Source of the DNA: Octopus vulgaris
Lineage: Eukaryota
Length of the DNA stretch: 64,000 nt
Assembly (NCBI GenBank): GCA_951406725.2
Contig: OX597831.1
Location: forward strand, 12,710,001-12,774,000
Direction of reading: 5' to 3'
Every line of letters begins with the position of its first letter. Position 1 is the first letter of the stretch. The position numbers and the translations under genes are program-made. Positions 13,291 to 25,860 of this stretch are shown here, piece by piece. A model generated the notes under the pieces. It did no database searches and was not told the origin of the DNA. It saw only the letters and a list, made by a program, of their open reading frames with translations.

Positions 13291-13522
13291 TATTTCTTTA
13301 CTGCCCACAAGGGGCTAAACGCAGAGGGGACAGACAAGGACAGACAAACGGATTAAGTCGATTACATCGACCCCAGTACGTAACTGGTACTTAATTTATC
13401 GACCCCGAAAGGATGAAAGGCAAAGTCGACCTCGGTGGAATTTGAACTCACAACGTAACGGCAGACGAAATACCGCCAAGCATTTCGCCCGGCGTGCTAA
13501 CGTTTCTGCCAGCTCGCCGCTT
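13291..13522 (-). mobile_element. Near-intact family B SINE
   Basis: Complete head, B-box-like GAGTTCAAATTCC, central GCCTTTCATCCTTTCGGGGTCGATAAA block (resembles the Meta-type SINE domain) and tail; CpGs retained. Confidence 0.88.
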
Positions 13523-13814
13523 TATATTATATATATAACCATGCTTTTTATTCTTTTTTTTTTAAATTACTATAAGATTACAGCAACACATGAGCAATTT
13601 TAATTTATACTCCTAAAACAAACATCGATTATCTGTTTTAAAATTTAATCTGAAACATTAATTAATGTTTAAATTCAAACTTAATATTAATTACTAAAAA
13701 TTAATGAATAAAAATAAACAGACAGAATTCTAATTTTGCTTATATAACATTTTAAACGATGGGACCTTCGAAGTACAGTAGGGCCTACAGTTTATTTGTT
13801 CTTATAAATTAAAT

Positions 13815-14472
13815 GGATCTTTTCCTTTTGAACGGCAGTTTGTAACATAATTTCTAGGTAACTAAAAAGTTTTAAACTTCGTATACTGGTTGAATGTGTT
13901 TATAAAACATCATTTTCTCTTGGTTTTATTGAGAAAATTCTATAGTTTGTAAGAAATTTCGTCCGAAAATCCGAGCATTTCGGCAATTTTAACCAATCAA
14001 TTACCTCCATTGAACTAAAATCATTTGCTGCATCTAAAACTGAGACAACATCCTGTAACTAACCTTAAACCTCCCACCTAACCCTAACCCTAAATCTTTT
14101 TTTCTTAATTGTTACGTGTGTAAAAATCTAAAGCAATGGAAAATAATTTAAACAATTAACAAACAAAATAATTCTATAATTTTTATACACACGCTTTCCG
14201 TATGTATACTAATTTAGGGTTAGGGGGAGGTTTAGGGTTAGTTACAGGATGTTGTCTCAGTTTTAGACGCAGCAAATGATTTTAGGTCAATAGAGGCCAT
14301 AGGATTGGTTAAAATTCGAAAAATTAAACTACGTTAAACAAACAAATTACAATTTTCTCAAGAAAGCCAAGAGAAAAAAATGTTTTATTTTGACACATTC
14401 TACCAGTATACGAAGTTTAAAAGTGTTTAGTTAACAACTAGAAATTGTCTGCCGTTCAAAAGGAAAAGATCC
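13815..14472. mobile_element. Merlin-type non-autonomous DNA transposon (long palindromic arms)
   Basis: TIRs GGATCTTTTCCTTTTGAACGGCAG / CTGCCGTTCAAAAGGAAAAGATCC; exact 8-bp TSD AATTAAAT at 13807-13814 and 14473-14480. 5'-GG termini with an 8-bp TSD are characteristic of Merlin. Confidence 0.85.
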
Positions 14473-15641
14473 AATTAAATACTTTACAAATAATTCTAAT
14501 GGGTATCTCGAGGGGTTTAGCCTTTCTATAAATTTAGTTTTCAATGGAAAAACAAAAAGAAAGTTTGACTTGACACATTTTCATACTTTCTTAGGTCCAA
14601 AGTAAATCTTGAAATTACAATTTAGTTTTTTCTCTGCGGCTATTTTAGTCTCCGGTTCTCTTAGATCTAGAACATTCTTTAGCAAACTGCTGCCCGTGGG
14701 ACTTTCTGAAGGGCACACCTAATTTCATGGAGGATCCATGTCTATACGGCCCACTTCTCGAAAATGTTTGCTCATGCCTGGTCTAGGAATAGTCAAAGAA
14801 ACTGGTAGAAATGTTAGAGCATTGGACGAAAAACAAATATGCATTGTGGTTATTTTTTCTGGACATCTACATTCTGAGTTCAAATTTATGTCGAGGTCAA
14901 CTTTACCTTTCCTCTTTTTGGAGATAATAGCATAAAGAAAAGTGGCGGAGGTGCTAGAGTGTCGAACGAAATTTCTTGCGATATTTGTTTCTGAGTTCAA
15001 TCCCAGCTCTAGTCAAATTTGTCATTTATTTATATAGTTATTTGTTTTCTGGATTGATAATCCCAACAGGATGGATTAGTGGAAATGTTTAAAATATCAG
15101 ACGACATTATTTGTAGTATTTCTAAGTTCAAAACCTACTAAGATCAAACTTGAATTTTCTTTTTCATGGGTAATAAATCCAACATGGTAGATTGGCTGAA
15201 CTGTTAAAGCATCGAACAAAAATGTCTTCCGGACATTTCCGCTCCGAGTTCATTTCTCACTGATGTCCAACTTTATATTTCTTTTTAATGTAATCGAGAA
15301 GATAAAAGTGTTAGACAGGCGGGTGAGATAGGTGTGGTTATGAAGTTCGCTTTGCAATTACGTGGTTCCAGGTTCAACCCTACTGCGTGGCACCTTGGGT
15401 AGATGTATTTTTCTATAGACCCGAGCTGACCTTAAGCCTTGTGAGTGAATTCGGAAGACGAAAACTGAACGAGTGTGTCTATAATGGCTTTTTGCTCTCC
15501 CATTTCCCGGGCGGTAAATTTAATTCATCGTCCGTTTTAAAATCACTACACAAAAAGACACACCTTGTCCTTAACAAAGCCTGGTTTATATGCAAAGCAT
15601 TCAAGTCAGGGCTTTCGTTTGAGTATAACTTCCTCCCTCCC

Positions 15642-15681
<40 letters not shown>

Positions 15682-15694
15682 GATAATAATAATA

Positions 15695-16100
15695 GGCGCA
15701 GGAGTGACTGTGTGGTAAGTAGCTTGTTTACCAACCACATGGTTCCGGGTTCAGTCCCACTGCATGGCACCTTGGGCAAGTGTCTTCTACTATAGCCTTG
15801 GGCCGACCAATGCCTTGTGAGTGGATTTGGTAGACGGAAACTGAAAGAAGCCTGTCGTATATATGTGTATATATATATATGTGTGTGTGATTGTATGTTT
15901 GTGTGTCTGTGTTTGTACCCCTAGCATTGTTTGACAACCGATGCTGGTGTGTTTACATCCCCATAACTTAGCGGTTCAGCAAAAGAGACCGATAGAATAA
16001 GTACTGGGCTTACAAAGAATAAGTCCCGGGGTTGAGTTACTCGATTAAAGGTGGTGCTCCAGCATAGCCGAAGTCAAATGAATGAAACAAGTAAAAGAGT
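15695..16100 (+). mobile_element. Full-length family A tRNA-derived SINE with internal (TA/TG)n
   Basis: GGCGCAGGAGTG.CTGTGTGGTAAG head, GGTTCAGTCCC B-box, CORE-like GCACCTTGGGCAAGTGTC, tail GGTGCTCCAGCAT.GCC...TGAAACAAGTAAAAGAG. Confidence 0.88.
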
Positions 16101-16113
16101 AATAATAATAATG

Positions 16114-16147
<34 letters not shown>

Positions 16148-16161
16148 TAATAATAATAATG

Positions 16162-16198
<37 letters not shown>

Positions 16199-16212
16199 TA
16201 ATAATAATAATG

Positions 16213-16249
<37 letters not shown>

Positions 16250-16311
16250 TAATAATAATAATGATAATAATAATAATAATAATGATAATAATAATAATGA
16301 TAATAATAATA
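16101..16311. repeat. (AAT)n/(GAT) compound microsatellite
   Basis: ~210 bp of AAT with periodic GAT interruptions. Confidence 0.97.
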
Positions 16312-17179
16312 AAACCCTCCATAGATGCAGCCCTACCTCTTCCTTTCCTGAGACTAAGCAGTAACAAGAATATCAAAAAAAAAACGGGCTGTACTTATAT
16401 GACCAACAAGCTTAAAACGAAAGGCAAAAAAAGTAGCCTCCATGTGGATGCTATGTCTGCTAGAAATAATAATCAAATTCCACTGAAATCGTGTCATACA
16501 TTAGTGCTTCTTAATCTTAGTAGCTTACTGGTTGTCGATTGATGAAATAAAAATACTGGCGTAGTTCACATAGAAAGTACTTTTCTCAAAAAAAAAAAGA
16601 AAAGTTTGGAAGTTGAAAATTTAGAAAGATGAAGAAAAAAAGAGGGTGGGGTTAGAAGATTAACGGTTACCTTAATTTATTAATCACATTTAAATGTAAT
16701 AAAATTATGAATAAGACTTTAAAAATAAGAATCGAATTTCGACATCCTGTTTAAATTTTTATTTTTAAAAATTCAAGGCACACCTAAATACCTTGTGGTG
16801 CATCGGTGAAGAAACTTTTTGTCTTACAGTACTAAAAATGGAAAGTAGCTATTATATGATGTATTAACAAACCACTCAAAATGAGAGTACGGTTAGAGTT
16901 GGAACGTCAAGGATTCTGGGTCTATTCGGCTGACTTTAAACGGAAATAAAAGCGATGGGGGATGGGGCTAAGCGAACTCGTTCAAGACATGCTGAGTTTA
17001 TTTTTTAAAAGTAAGTATATTTTATATATATTGACTAGGAAATGGCTGCAAAGTAGGTAGGGTGAGATGCTTATCCCTTCCTAAAGGTTTATGTAAATAA
17101 CTGACAGGGAAGTGAAGCTGCTGGAAATAGGAGTCGAAACATGAAGGAGAAAGAGATAAAAAACGAACCAGCAGTATAT

Positions 17180-17716
17180 AATCCTTTCTGATAAAGGCAC
17201 AAGGCCTGAAATTTGGGGGCTCTAATGTGTCACTGGTACTTAATTTATCGATCCTGAAAGAATGAAAAGCAAAGTCAACCTTGACGGAATATGAACTCAC
17301 AATGTAAAGACGAATGAAATACCTATTTCTTTACTATCCACAAGGGGCTAAACACAGAGAGGACAAACAAGGACAGACAAACGGATTAAGTCGATTATAT
17401 CGACCCCAGTGCCTAACTGGTACTTATTTAATCGACCCAAAGGGGATGAAAGGCAAAGTCGACCTCGGCAGAATTTGGACTCAGAACGTAACAACAGATG
17501 AAATACCTATTTCTTTACTGCCCACAAGGAGCTAAACACAGAGGGGACAAACAAGGACAGACAAATGGATTAAGTCGATTATATCGTCCCCAGAGCCTAA
17601 CTGGTACTTATTCAATCTACCCTGAAAGGATGAAAGGCAAAGTCGACCTTGGCGGAATTTGAACTCAGAACATAGCGGCAGACGAAATACCTCGTTTCTG
17701 CCAGCTCGCCACCTTC
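17180..17716 (-). mobile_element. Head-to-tail trimer of family B SINE bodies
   Basis: Three successive copies of GGTACTT.ATTTA.TCGA.CC.GAAAG..TGAAA.GCAAAGTC joined at GAAATACCTATTTCTTTACT (~17316, ~17500). Confidence 0.85.
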
Positions 17717-17967
17717 CACCCGTATTTATAATATAAAGTAGACATAGCATGGTATAACATGTATATGTTGCATGCAACCATGTATGTATGCGTGTGTATG
17801 TATGGATGGATGGATATTATCATTTCAACGTCTATTTTTCCATGCTTGCATGGGTCATACGATGTTTACTGAGGCAGTTTGCTGCAGTCAGATGCCCTAC
17901 TGGTCACCAACCCTCACCAGTTTCCAAGCAAAGTAATACGTGGCCAAACCTGTTTTCGCAGAGTTAA

Positions 17968-18344
17968 GGCAAGAGTCAGAAGTGGCTTCTCAAGAATGTC
18001 TACAACTGCCCCAGCTCCAGTTTCTGGCCTCCTAATCCTGCCAATTTTAATCTCATGGATTACAATGTGTGGGGTATGGTTGAGTATGATGTCCACTGCT
18101 CTGTCTGCAACACCAAGGCTAAGCTGGTAGGCAAGATCAAGACGCAGAGAGGAACACATGTGTCGGAGGTTCTGGAGCCATCTGGAGGATGTGGTGAAAG
18201 CTGAGGAGCAACCACTTTGGGTAAACTGTTATGCCCCAGCCATAATCTAATTGATACTGTTTGATTTTTTAAAATATTTCATTTTTAAATGGGATATTGT
18301 TTTTTTTATGCAAACTGTCAAATTTAGCCTAAACACCCTCTGTA
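17968..18344 (+). mobile_element. 3' fragment of a DD37D (maT)-type Tc1/mariner transposon with right TIR
   Basis: Translates KSQKWLLKNVYNCPSSSFWPPNPANFNLMDYNVWGMVEYDV...NTKAKLVGKIK...RFWSHLEDVVKAE (WPPNSPDLNPMDY.VWG motif); ends CACCCTCTG|TA. Confidence 0.8.
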
Positions 18345-18791
18345 TACACAAACACACACACACATGCATACACATACACACACACGAGAGCATGCACACA
18401 TATTTTAATGACTTTCACACTAGACCTTGGTCAACTTGAAGCAACATTAGAAGACATGTTCTTCATCATGCGCTGCACAGTAAGATCAAACTTCATACTA
18501 TGTGATGGTGAGGCAAATCTGGAACCACTCTGCCATTTTGGCACATGTTGCAATGAAAGGACAGAATAATTCAAAGCAACTTAATAAGAGATTTCTACTC
18601 AAGGAGTCTACCTAAATTTCAACAAACATTGTCCAACATCAAAGATGAAACACATTTTCTCAGCAGAAGACAAAATTACACATACAAACCATTTGACGAT
18701 GAATTTACAGTCAAAGCTACAATGGAATCATGGCTTTTCTCTAAATGTAATTTTTCATTATGGAAAATAATTGTCCAAGTCTTTTGATTAA

Positions 18792-18890
18792 CCCTTTAGC
18801 ATTCACCTTATTTTGTCAAAAATAATGCTTGTTTATTCACATTGTTTTGAATTAATCATACACTATTTTGTAGCTTGGAGATTTTGATGA
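18792..18890 (+). mobile_element. Left half of a piggyBac-type (TTAA) MITE
   Basis: TTAA|CCCTTTAGCATT terminus; interior matches decayed copies at ~7390-7600 and ~35783-35995. Confidence 0.7.
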
Positions 18891-19667
18891 GGTTTTGAAC
18901 CGTCCAACCCATGCTAGCATGGAAAACGGACGTTAAGAGATAATGATGATGACGATGGTAAGTACAACTGAGAGTATAGATCATCATCGTTTTAACACTG
19001 ACTTTTCCATGGTTGCATGGGTCAGGAAGAATTCACTGAAGCAGATTTCCCATGGTTGAATGCCTTTTGCATCACCAGCTTTTGCCCATTTCCGAGCAAG
19101 AAAATATTCTTCTGCGTCTGGAAATGTTTTTTCATGGAACACAGGAAATGAAGGACACTGCTTGAATGACAGAGATGGTCATTTTACAGCTATCGTGTGA
19201 TGCCAAGATATGGATACCATCATACAAGCAGTGTCACTCATTCCCAATCTTCTGAAAGAACATATCTGCAAACAGGTGAGGGTTGGCAACAGGAAGAGAC
19301 TCTGACAGCATAAGATCTACCTCAATGTATTCTGTCTGACCTACGCAAGCATGGAACAGTGGACATTAAAACAATGATGATGAGAATGGTGATCTTAACA
19401 TTTATCTTTATCAAGGCGGCAAGCTGGCAGAATCGTTAGCATTATGTTCTGAGTTCAAATTCTGCCAAGGTCGACTTTGCCATTCATCCTCTCGGGGTCA
19501 ATAAATGAAGTACCAGTTGTGTACTGGGGTCAATCTAATTAACTAGCCCCCCTGCCACCTCTCCCAAAATTTCAGGCCTTGTGCCTATAGTAGAAAGGAA
19601 TATTTATCTTTATCTTTCATAAAGTTACATTTCATATGAGATTAAACAAATCATGAAATTTGAAATG

Positions 19668-19798
19668 TTAACCAGAGCTAAATTGATCAGATACCACAAA
19701 AAATGCTAAAAACATTTCATCATAACCAAGACCATATTTAGACCAAATTTTCCAACAATTTTCCTGTTCAGTGGTGGTTATTTCCTCCTTTGAGTCTC
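19668..19798 (-). CDS. Weak candidate terminal exon (GDSKEEITTTEQENCWKIWSKYGLGYDEMFLAFFVVSDQFSSG*)
   Basis: Non-repeat sequence, tatttag acceptor at 19799-19800, one open frame to TAA. No recognised family and no linked exons. Confidence 0.2.
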
Positions 19799-20340
19799 CT
19801 AAATACATACAGATACCGGGGAAAATGCTATGCTTGTATAGTAATATTAAATATATAGAATTAATCACAAAAATTACTCCAAAATATGCTTGCTTAGTAG
19901 CTTGCATGCATGCACAGACTGACAGATTCAAGAATAGATAGAAGATAGATGGAAAGACAGATAGATGATGGATAGATAGGCAGACAGACACACAGAAACA
20001 GAGACAGACAGAGATAGAGACAGACATAGAAAGACAGAGATAGATAAAGACACAGAGACAAAGACAGACAGACAGATGTGTGTTTGTATGTGTATATATA
20101 TATCAAAATGAGGTTAAAAAATTTTATGGTATTCAAATTTTCTGATCTGTTTTAAGAAAAAGTTTTCCAGTATTAACAATTCTTAAACATATCTCACATG
20201 AATATAACATCTACATACGGATTTGGAACACTGAAATAAGCAGATGTGCTTCAAGAGGACACAGCTTGGATTTTAACCCCCCCTCTCTTTCTCTCTCTCT
20301 CTGTATATATATATATATATATATATTTTAAATACTCTCT

Positions 20341-20738
20341 CTTTTACTCTTTTACTTGCTTCAGTCATTTGACTGTGGCCATGCTGGATCACCGCCTTAG
20401 TCGAGCAAATCGACCCCAGAACTTATTCTTTGTAAGCCCAGTACTTATTCTATCGGTCTCTTTTGCCGAACCGCTAAGTTACTGGGACGTAAACACACCA
20501 GCATCGGTTGTCAAGTGATGTTGGGGGACAAACACAGACACACAAACACACACATACATATATATACATATACATGACGGGCTTCTTTCAGTTTCCGTCT
20601 ACCAAATCCACTCACAAGGCTTTGGTCGGCCCGAGGCTATAGTAGAAGACACTTGCCCAAGGTGCCACGCAGTGGGACTGAACCTGGAACCATGTGGTTT
20701 GTAAGCAAGCTACTTACCACACAGCCACTCCTACGCCT
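20341..20738 (-). mobile_element. Young full-length family A SINE
   Basis: Reverse complement of the 15695-16100 element with most CpGs intact. Confidence 0.88.
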
Positions 20739-22603
20739 ATATATAAATAGATATCATCATTTAACAAGCACCTTCCATGCTGGCTTAGGTCTCAGAGTTT
20801 GATAGGATTTGATAAACAAAGGACTACGTTGAGCTCTGATGTTCATTTTGGTATGGTTTCTATGACTGGATGCCCTTCCTAATGTGTCAACCACTTTACA
20901 GAATATACTAAGTGTTTTTTTTTTGTTTTTTTAGTGACACCAACACCAAGTAACTCACACGATAACCCCACCCCATAACACACGATAACAACCACTCCGT
21001 GAGTGTAGTGGGTGCTCTTTATGTGCCACCAGCACAACAGCCATTCAGGCAGGCCTGGCATCAATCACGTTCGGATGGTGCTTTTTACATGCCACTGGTA
21101 CAGGAGCCAGTAGGGGACACTGGCATTGACCACATTTGGATGATGCATTTTACATGCCACCGGAATGGGAGACAGTCAGGGGGCACTGGTCACAGCTACG
21201 ATTTTGGCTTTACTTGACTGGACAGCTCTTCTCAGGCATATCATATCGCCCAACACATCAAAGGTACTCTTAAATGGGCTGGTCATGCAACACTAGCATC
21301 GGTTATTGCTGCGATCTCACTTTAGTTGCCTGGTCTTCTCAATTAAATTAATTAGAATTAAGAACTGTAAAATATTAATCAGAAATTATGCAATATACAA
21401 ATAATTTTTAATTAGTAAATTCTTTCTTCCTGATAGGGGAAAAATATTAAAAAAAAACAAAAACAAAAAACAAAAAATCCTCTTTCTTCAGTTCAGCAGT
21501 AAGAATCATAACAAAAGTAGAGAGACATTTTTCAGTTCTTTTAATTTAAGTTATAGAATAATCGAAGATTTTTATCAGAGAAGCAAAAAATTCCTTGAAC
21601 TAAAAATAACATAAATCAAAAATTGAATTATATAATGATAATAATAATGATAATAATAATAATAATAATAATGTTTTTATTCAATTTAGCTTTTTCTTTT
21701 TTAGAATACACTGGAAATCATTCTTTCTTAATATTTTAAAAATTCAATTCTAGCATAATTTTCGATAAATGATACTATCTTATAAGTGACAAATTGAAAT
21801 TTCTAACTGAAAATATAAATGAGAGATTTGTATTTATGTGTATGAGAGAGAGAGAGAGAGAGAGTGTGTGTATTTGTAGGTGGATGTATGTATATGCTCT
21901 CCCCAGACAATAAAATATCTAGACACACACACACACACACACACATATACTAGTGTGTATCTTTATAGAAAGCTTTGTATTGATTTCTATGCAAAACTTC
22001 TTATGTAGACACTGGTTTGACAGTTTGGTCAAGAATTTTACTGAGCCACCGGATGGTTTTGAGTTCAATCCAGCTTTGCAATGTTTTGAGCAAGTGTGAT
22101 CACCTCCAACAATGCCTTTCAGAAGATGATTCCGTACTTCATTGATCCCTAATCTAAACTTCTGATCCCAACCATCAACCACATGCACCTTACGGGACTC
22201 GCACCTAACGGACACTAAACCATGAGCAGGGACAGAATATGGTCCCTTCTTTTCACACATGCCATCCATATTCACCCCTTTACATCTTCCTCTCTTTTAT
22301 GTTCCATTCCACCCATATATGCCTCTCATTTCCACCCCACTCTTTCATATTCCCTTACTTCAATACCTGCCCATATTCGCACTTATAAATAACAATGGAT
22401 ACCACTAGATCCCTCTTACATAACTCAGCTATTGTCTCTCCTTTGACACAAATCACCCTTGGTTTCTCTTCCCTACACTCCAACCCCTAAATTACTGTCT
22501 CCCTCCACCACCCTTCTCACATATGACAATAATTCGGTTCATCTTCTCATCCTCATTCTTTATCTTTCTCATAAGGTTGCCTAACTTCACCTCTCTCTCT
22601 CTT

Positions 22604-22634
<31 letters not shown>

Positions 22635-23194
22635 TTCTTTCTCTCTCTCTCTTTCTCTCTCTCTCTCTAGCCATAGAGTTTCTTTTTCCAGTACTTTAGT
22701 CTTGCAAGCCGATATTTCTAATTCTGGCACCATGTAAAAAGCACCCAGAACACTTTGCAAAGTGGTTGGCATTAGGAAAAAGCATCCAGCTGTAGAAATT
22801 ATGCCAAAACTAAGACACAGGAGCATATTGCAGTCCAGTGATTCCTTAAATCCTGTCAAACCATCCAAACCAAACCAGAGCTTGAATAAACTATTTTGTC
22901 TTTTAAAAAAAGCACCTCCTATGCAAATGGGTCCAACAGATATTGACCCTGCCAAACAAAAACCTCATCATATTCACAAAAGTCTACTGAAATTAACTGG
23001 TGTCAAGCCCTAAACTACTCTTACTAGCAATTCCAATAGTGTTGTTGTTTGAAGCTGTAAAACAGAAACTAAGTATGTTTGTATGAAAGAAGCCAAGTTT
23101 GGCATCGGTCAAAAAGAACTTTCTCAAAGACTTCGTGTTGCACCATGTGCATTTGTGCCTTTTCTTTGTTCCATTAACATTGGAATATTTTGGA

Positions 23195-23641
23195 AATTAT
23201 AGTTATGATACCTATGCCTGTGGCACGTAAAAAGTGCCATCCGAATGTGGCCGATGCAAGCACCGCCTTGACTGGCTTCTGTGCTGGTGGCACATGACCT
23301 GCTGTGCTTGAGGAGACCCATTGAGTCAAGTACATCAACATCAAAATAAATATCAAATGGAAATTGTAGTTGTGATACCTGTGCCGGTGGCACGTAAAAA
23401 GCACCATCCAAACGTGGCCAATGCCAGCGCCGCCTCGACTGGCTTCCGTGCCAGTGGCACTTAAAAAGCACCCACTACACTCACGGAGTGGTTGGCGTTA
23501 GGAAGGGCATCCAGCTGTAGAAACACTGCCAGATCAGACTGGACCCTGGTGCTGTCTCCTGGCTTCCCAGACCCCAGTCAAACCATCCAACCCATGCTAG
23601 CATGGAAAATGGACGTTAAACAATGATGATGATGATGATGA
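23195..23641 (+). mobile_element. Family C SINE with repeated GTGGCACGTAAAAAGCACC modules and (GAT)n tail
   Basis: Several internal GTGGCAC.TAAAAAG units precede the GGAAGGGCATCCAGCTGTAG block and the tail. Confidence 0.8.
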
Positions 23642-23834
23642 TTTTCTTTTGTTTTGATTTTGGAACATCATGGCAGCTCTAGCTCAAGTGGGGAGTTAGA
23701 ATGCAGCGATATTATTTATAAATTATTTATTTATTATTATTAGTTCATGGATTTAGTGTTTTAATTAAGGAAAGAGAGCTTGAAGAAAATAATCAAAGAT
23801 CTTTCAAGTTCACCTGTGTACACTAGTGATCTAA

Positions 23835-24162
23835 AAAAAGGAGAACTCGGTTGGTTAAGATGATGAGGCCCCCAGCTGATACGATCAACGGAACAGCTTG
23901 CTCGTGAAATTAATGTACAAGTGGCTGAGCACTCCACAGACACATGTACCCTTAACATAGTTCTCAGGGAGATTCAGCGTAACACAAAGTGTGATAAGGC
24001 CGACCCTTTGAAATCCAGGTACAACTCATTTTTGCCAGCTGAGTGGACTGGAGCAATGTGAAATGAGGTGTCTTGCTCAAGTACACATTGCATCGCCAAG
24101 AATTGATCTCACAACCTTACGATTGTGAGCCGAATGCCCTAACCACTAAGCCACACACCTTC
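23835..24162 (-). mobile_element. Full-length family D tRNA-derived SINE with 15-bp TSD
   Basis: Head GTGTGGCTTAGTGGTTAGGGC on the minus strand; exact ACACTAGTGATCTAA at 23820-23834 and 24163-24177. Other copies at ~30790-31110 and ~62030-62285. Confidence 0.88.
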
Positions 24163-24714
24163 ACACTAGTGATCTAAGTGAGCAAGTATGGAGTCATCAC
24201 ATATTTGATTAATATATTGATGCTTTTGAGAGTGATCAGACTCCCCAAACCTTTGAGGGTTTTCATTTTGTCAGGATGGCTGATGACACCACAAGGTTGT
24301 TTATATGTATCAAAATCACATTCGATGACTGGCATCCGTACTAGCGGGGTGCAAAGAGCACCATACGAGCATGGTCGTTGACAGAATGGTTAACCGGCTT
24401 CCGTGCCAGTGGCACATAAATGGCACCATTCGAGTGTGATCGTTACCAGCGTCACACTACTGTTGCATCTAAAACATTCTTCACTGATCACACATGAAAC
24501 CATCCATGACCAGATTAGAACATTTTCCTTCATTTCCATTTAGGAGAAGACCATAATTTATGTCTTTTTAGTTTGGGTTTCATGTATGTAACTGAAATTT
24601 AACTCCAGATAACTACCTTACATTTGTGTGGTACATGGGGAATTTGAACCCAGCATCTATAGACACTGGATTAGGGTTATATAAAGATATAGTTATATAA
24701 AGATACAATTTTTT

Positions 24715-25200
24715 TAGAGACTTTATTACATTGACCATAGGAACAGCATTGTCCCATTCAGCCTGCGATTCACTGTTTAAGCTTTTATTTATGAGAACTT
24801 CAGTGAATGAAACAAATAAATTATAACAATGTTTAGATTCACATTTCTTGTCAAAGTTACAAACTGCTGAGAATATCAAAAATATTTCAAACTCTATCAA
24901 TGCAAATTCCTACACACTCCAAGATATTCTATCAAATGTGAAATATGAGCCTGCAATTCCAAAAATATCTTAACAGGCATCTTGTTTCAAGTTCCTTCAG
25001 AAATAAAAGCTGGTCAGCTACATCGTCTTTCTGAATAAACTAATGAATTCCATTACACGTTGTTTTTCAATTATGTCCATCCTTTGATAATTTGAATGGC
25101 ATATAATGATTCCTAAAACCACTTAGAAGTATTCTATGGTATATCTGCTGACAATTGAGTAACACATCTACAGACCTTCCATGGAGATTCCAGACATTGG
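24715..25200 (-). mobile_element. Fossil hAT (Buster/Charlie, ZBED5/ZBED8-like) transposase fragment
   Basis: Frameshifted pieces in the expected order: RCVTQLSADI; DDVADQLLFLKELETR; DIFGIAGSYFTFDRISW; VGICID (cf. CVGICTDG); EVLINKSLNSESQAEWDNAVPMVNVIKS (cf. EAL..K.L..EL..VL..AVKMVNFIK). Confidence 0.65.
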
Positions 25201-25860
25201 TAACAGAGATTTCTTTAAAACTTTTTCATAAGAGAGAAGTCATTTTCTAAATTTACAAGTATTTGTTATTTGCAAAGTTTGAAATCGTTTATTCCCAGAA
25301 TAAAAGGATTCTGTTTAGCCATACTTCTTGGTGCCCAAGTTCAGAAAATACCATTTTAATGCAAGAAATTTTAAAAGTTACTTCTCCCTCTCTCTCTCTC
25401 TCTCACGCACACACACACACACATACATATTCCAGTACAGCAAAACACCTGCCATGTTCATAGGTAATGTGGGTTCATATCCTACATGCAGCCTTCAACA
25501 TTTTCTATCCATGGTATTTTTTTCACTTAACATATTAACATCTTTTACTTGTTTCAGTCATTAGACTGTGGCCATGCCGGGGCAGCACCTTCAAGAATTT
25601 TAGTTGAATGAATCAAACCCAGCACTTATTTTTTCTCAAGCCTGAAACTTATTCTATTGGTCTCTTTTGCCAAACCACCAAGTGATAGGGACGTAAACAC
25701 ACCAACACTGGTTGTTAAGTGATGGTGGGGGTGACAAACACAGACATAAAGACACACACAAACAGACATATACACATGTATATATATATATATATGTGTG
25801 TACATATATATGTGCGTGTATATAAGTATGTATATATATGTCTGTATGTGTATATAGCTG

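Noticed and set aside
14076-14240. Telomere or chromosome fusion site
   Set aside because: Only 2-3 hexamers per side, internal to a MITE with a TSD.
18583-18790. Open frame ...KPFDDEFTVKATMESWLF... resembling a mariner C-terminus
   Set aside because: Too little similarity, with no catalytic motif or TIR.
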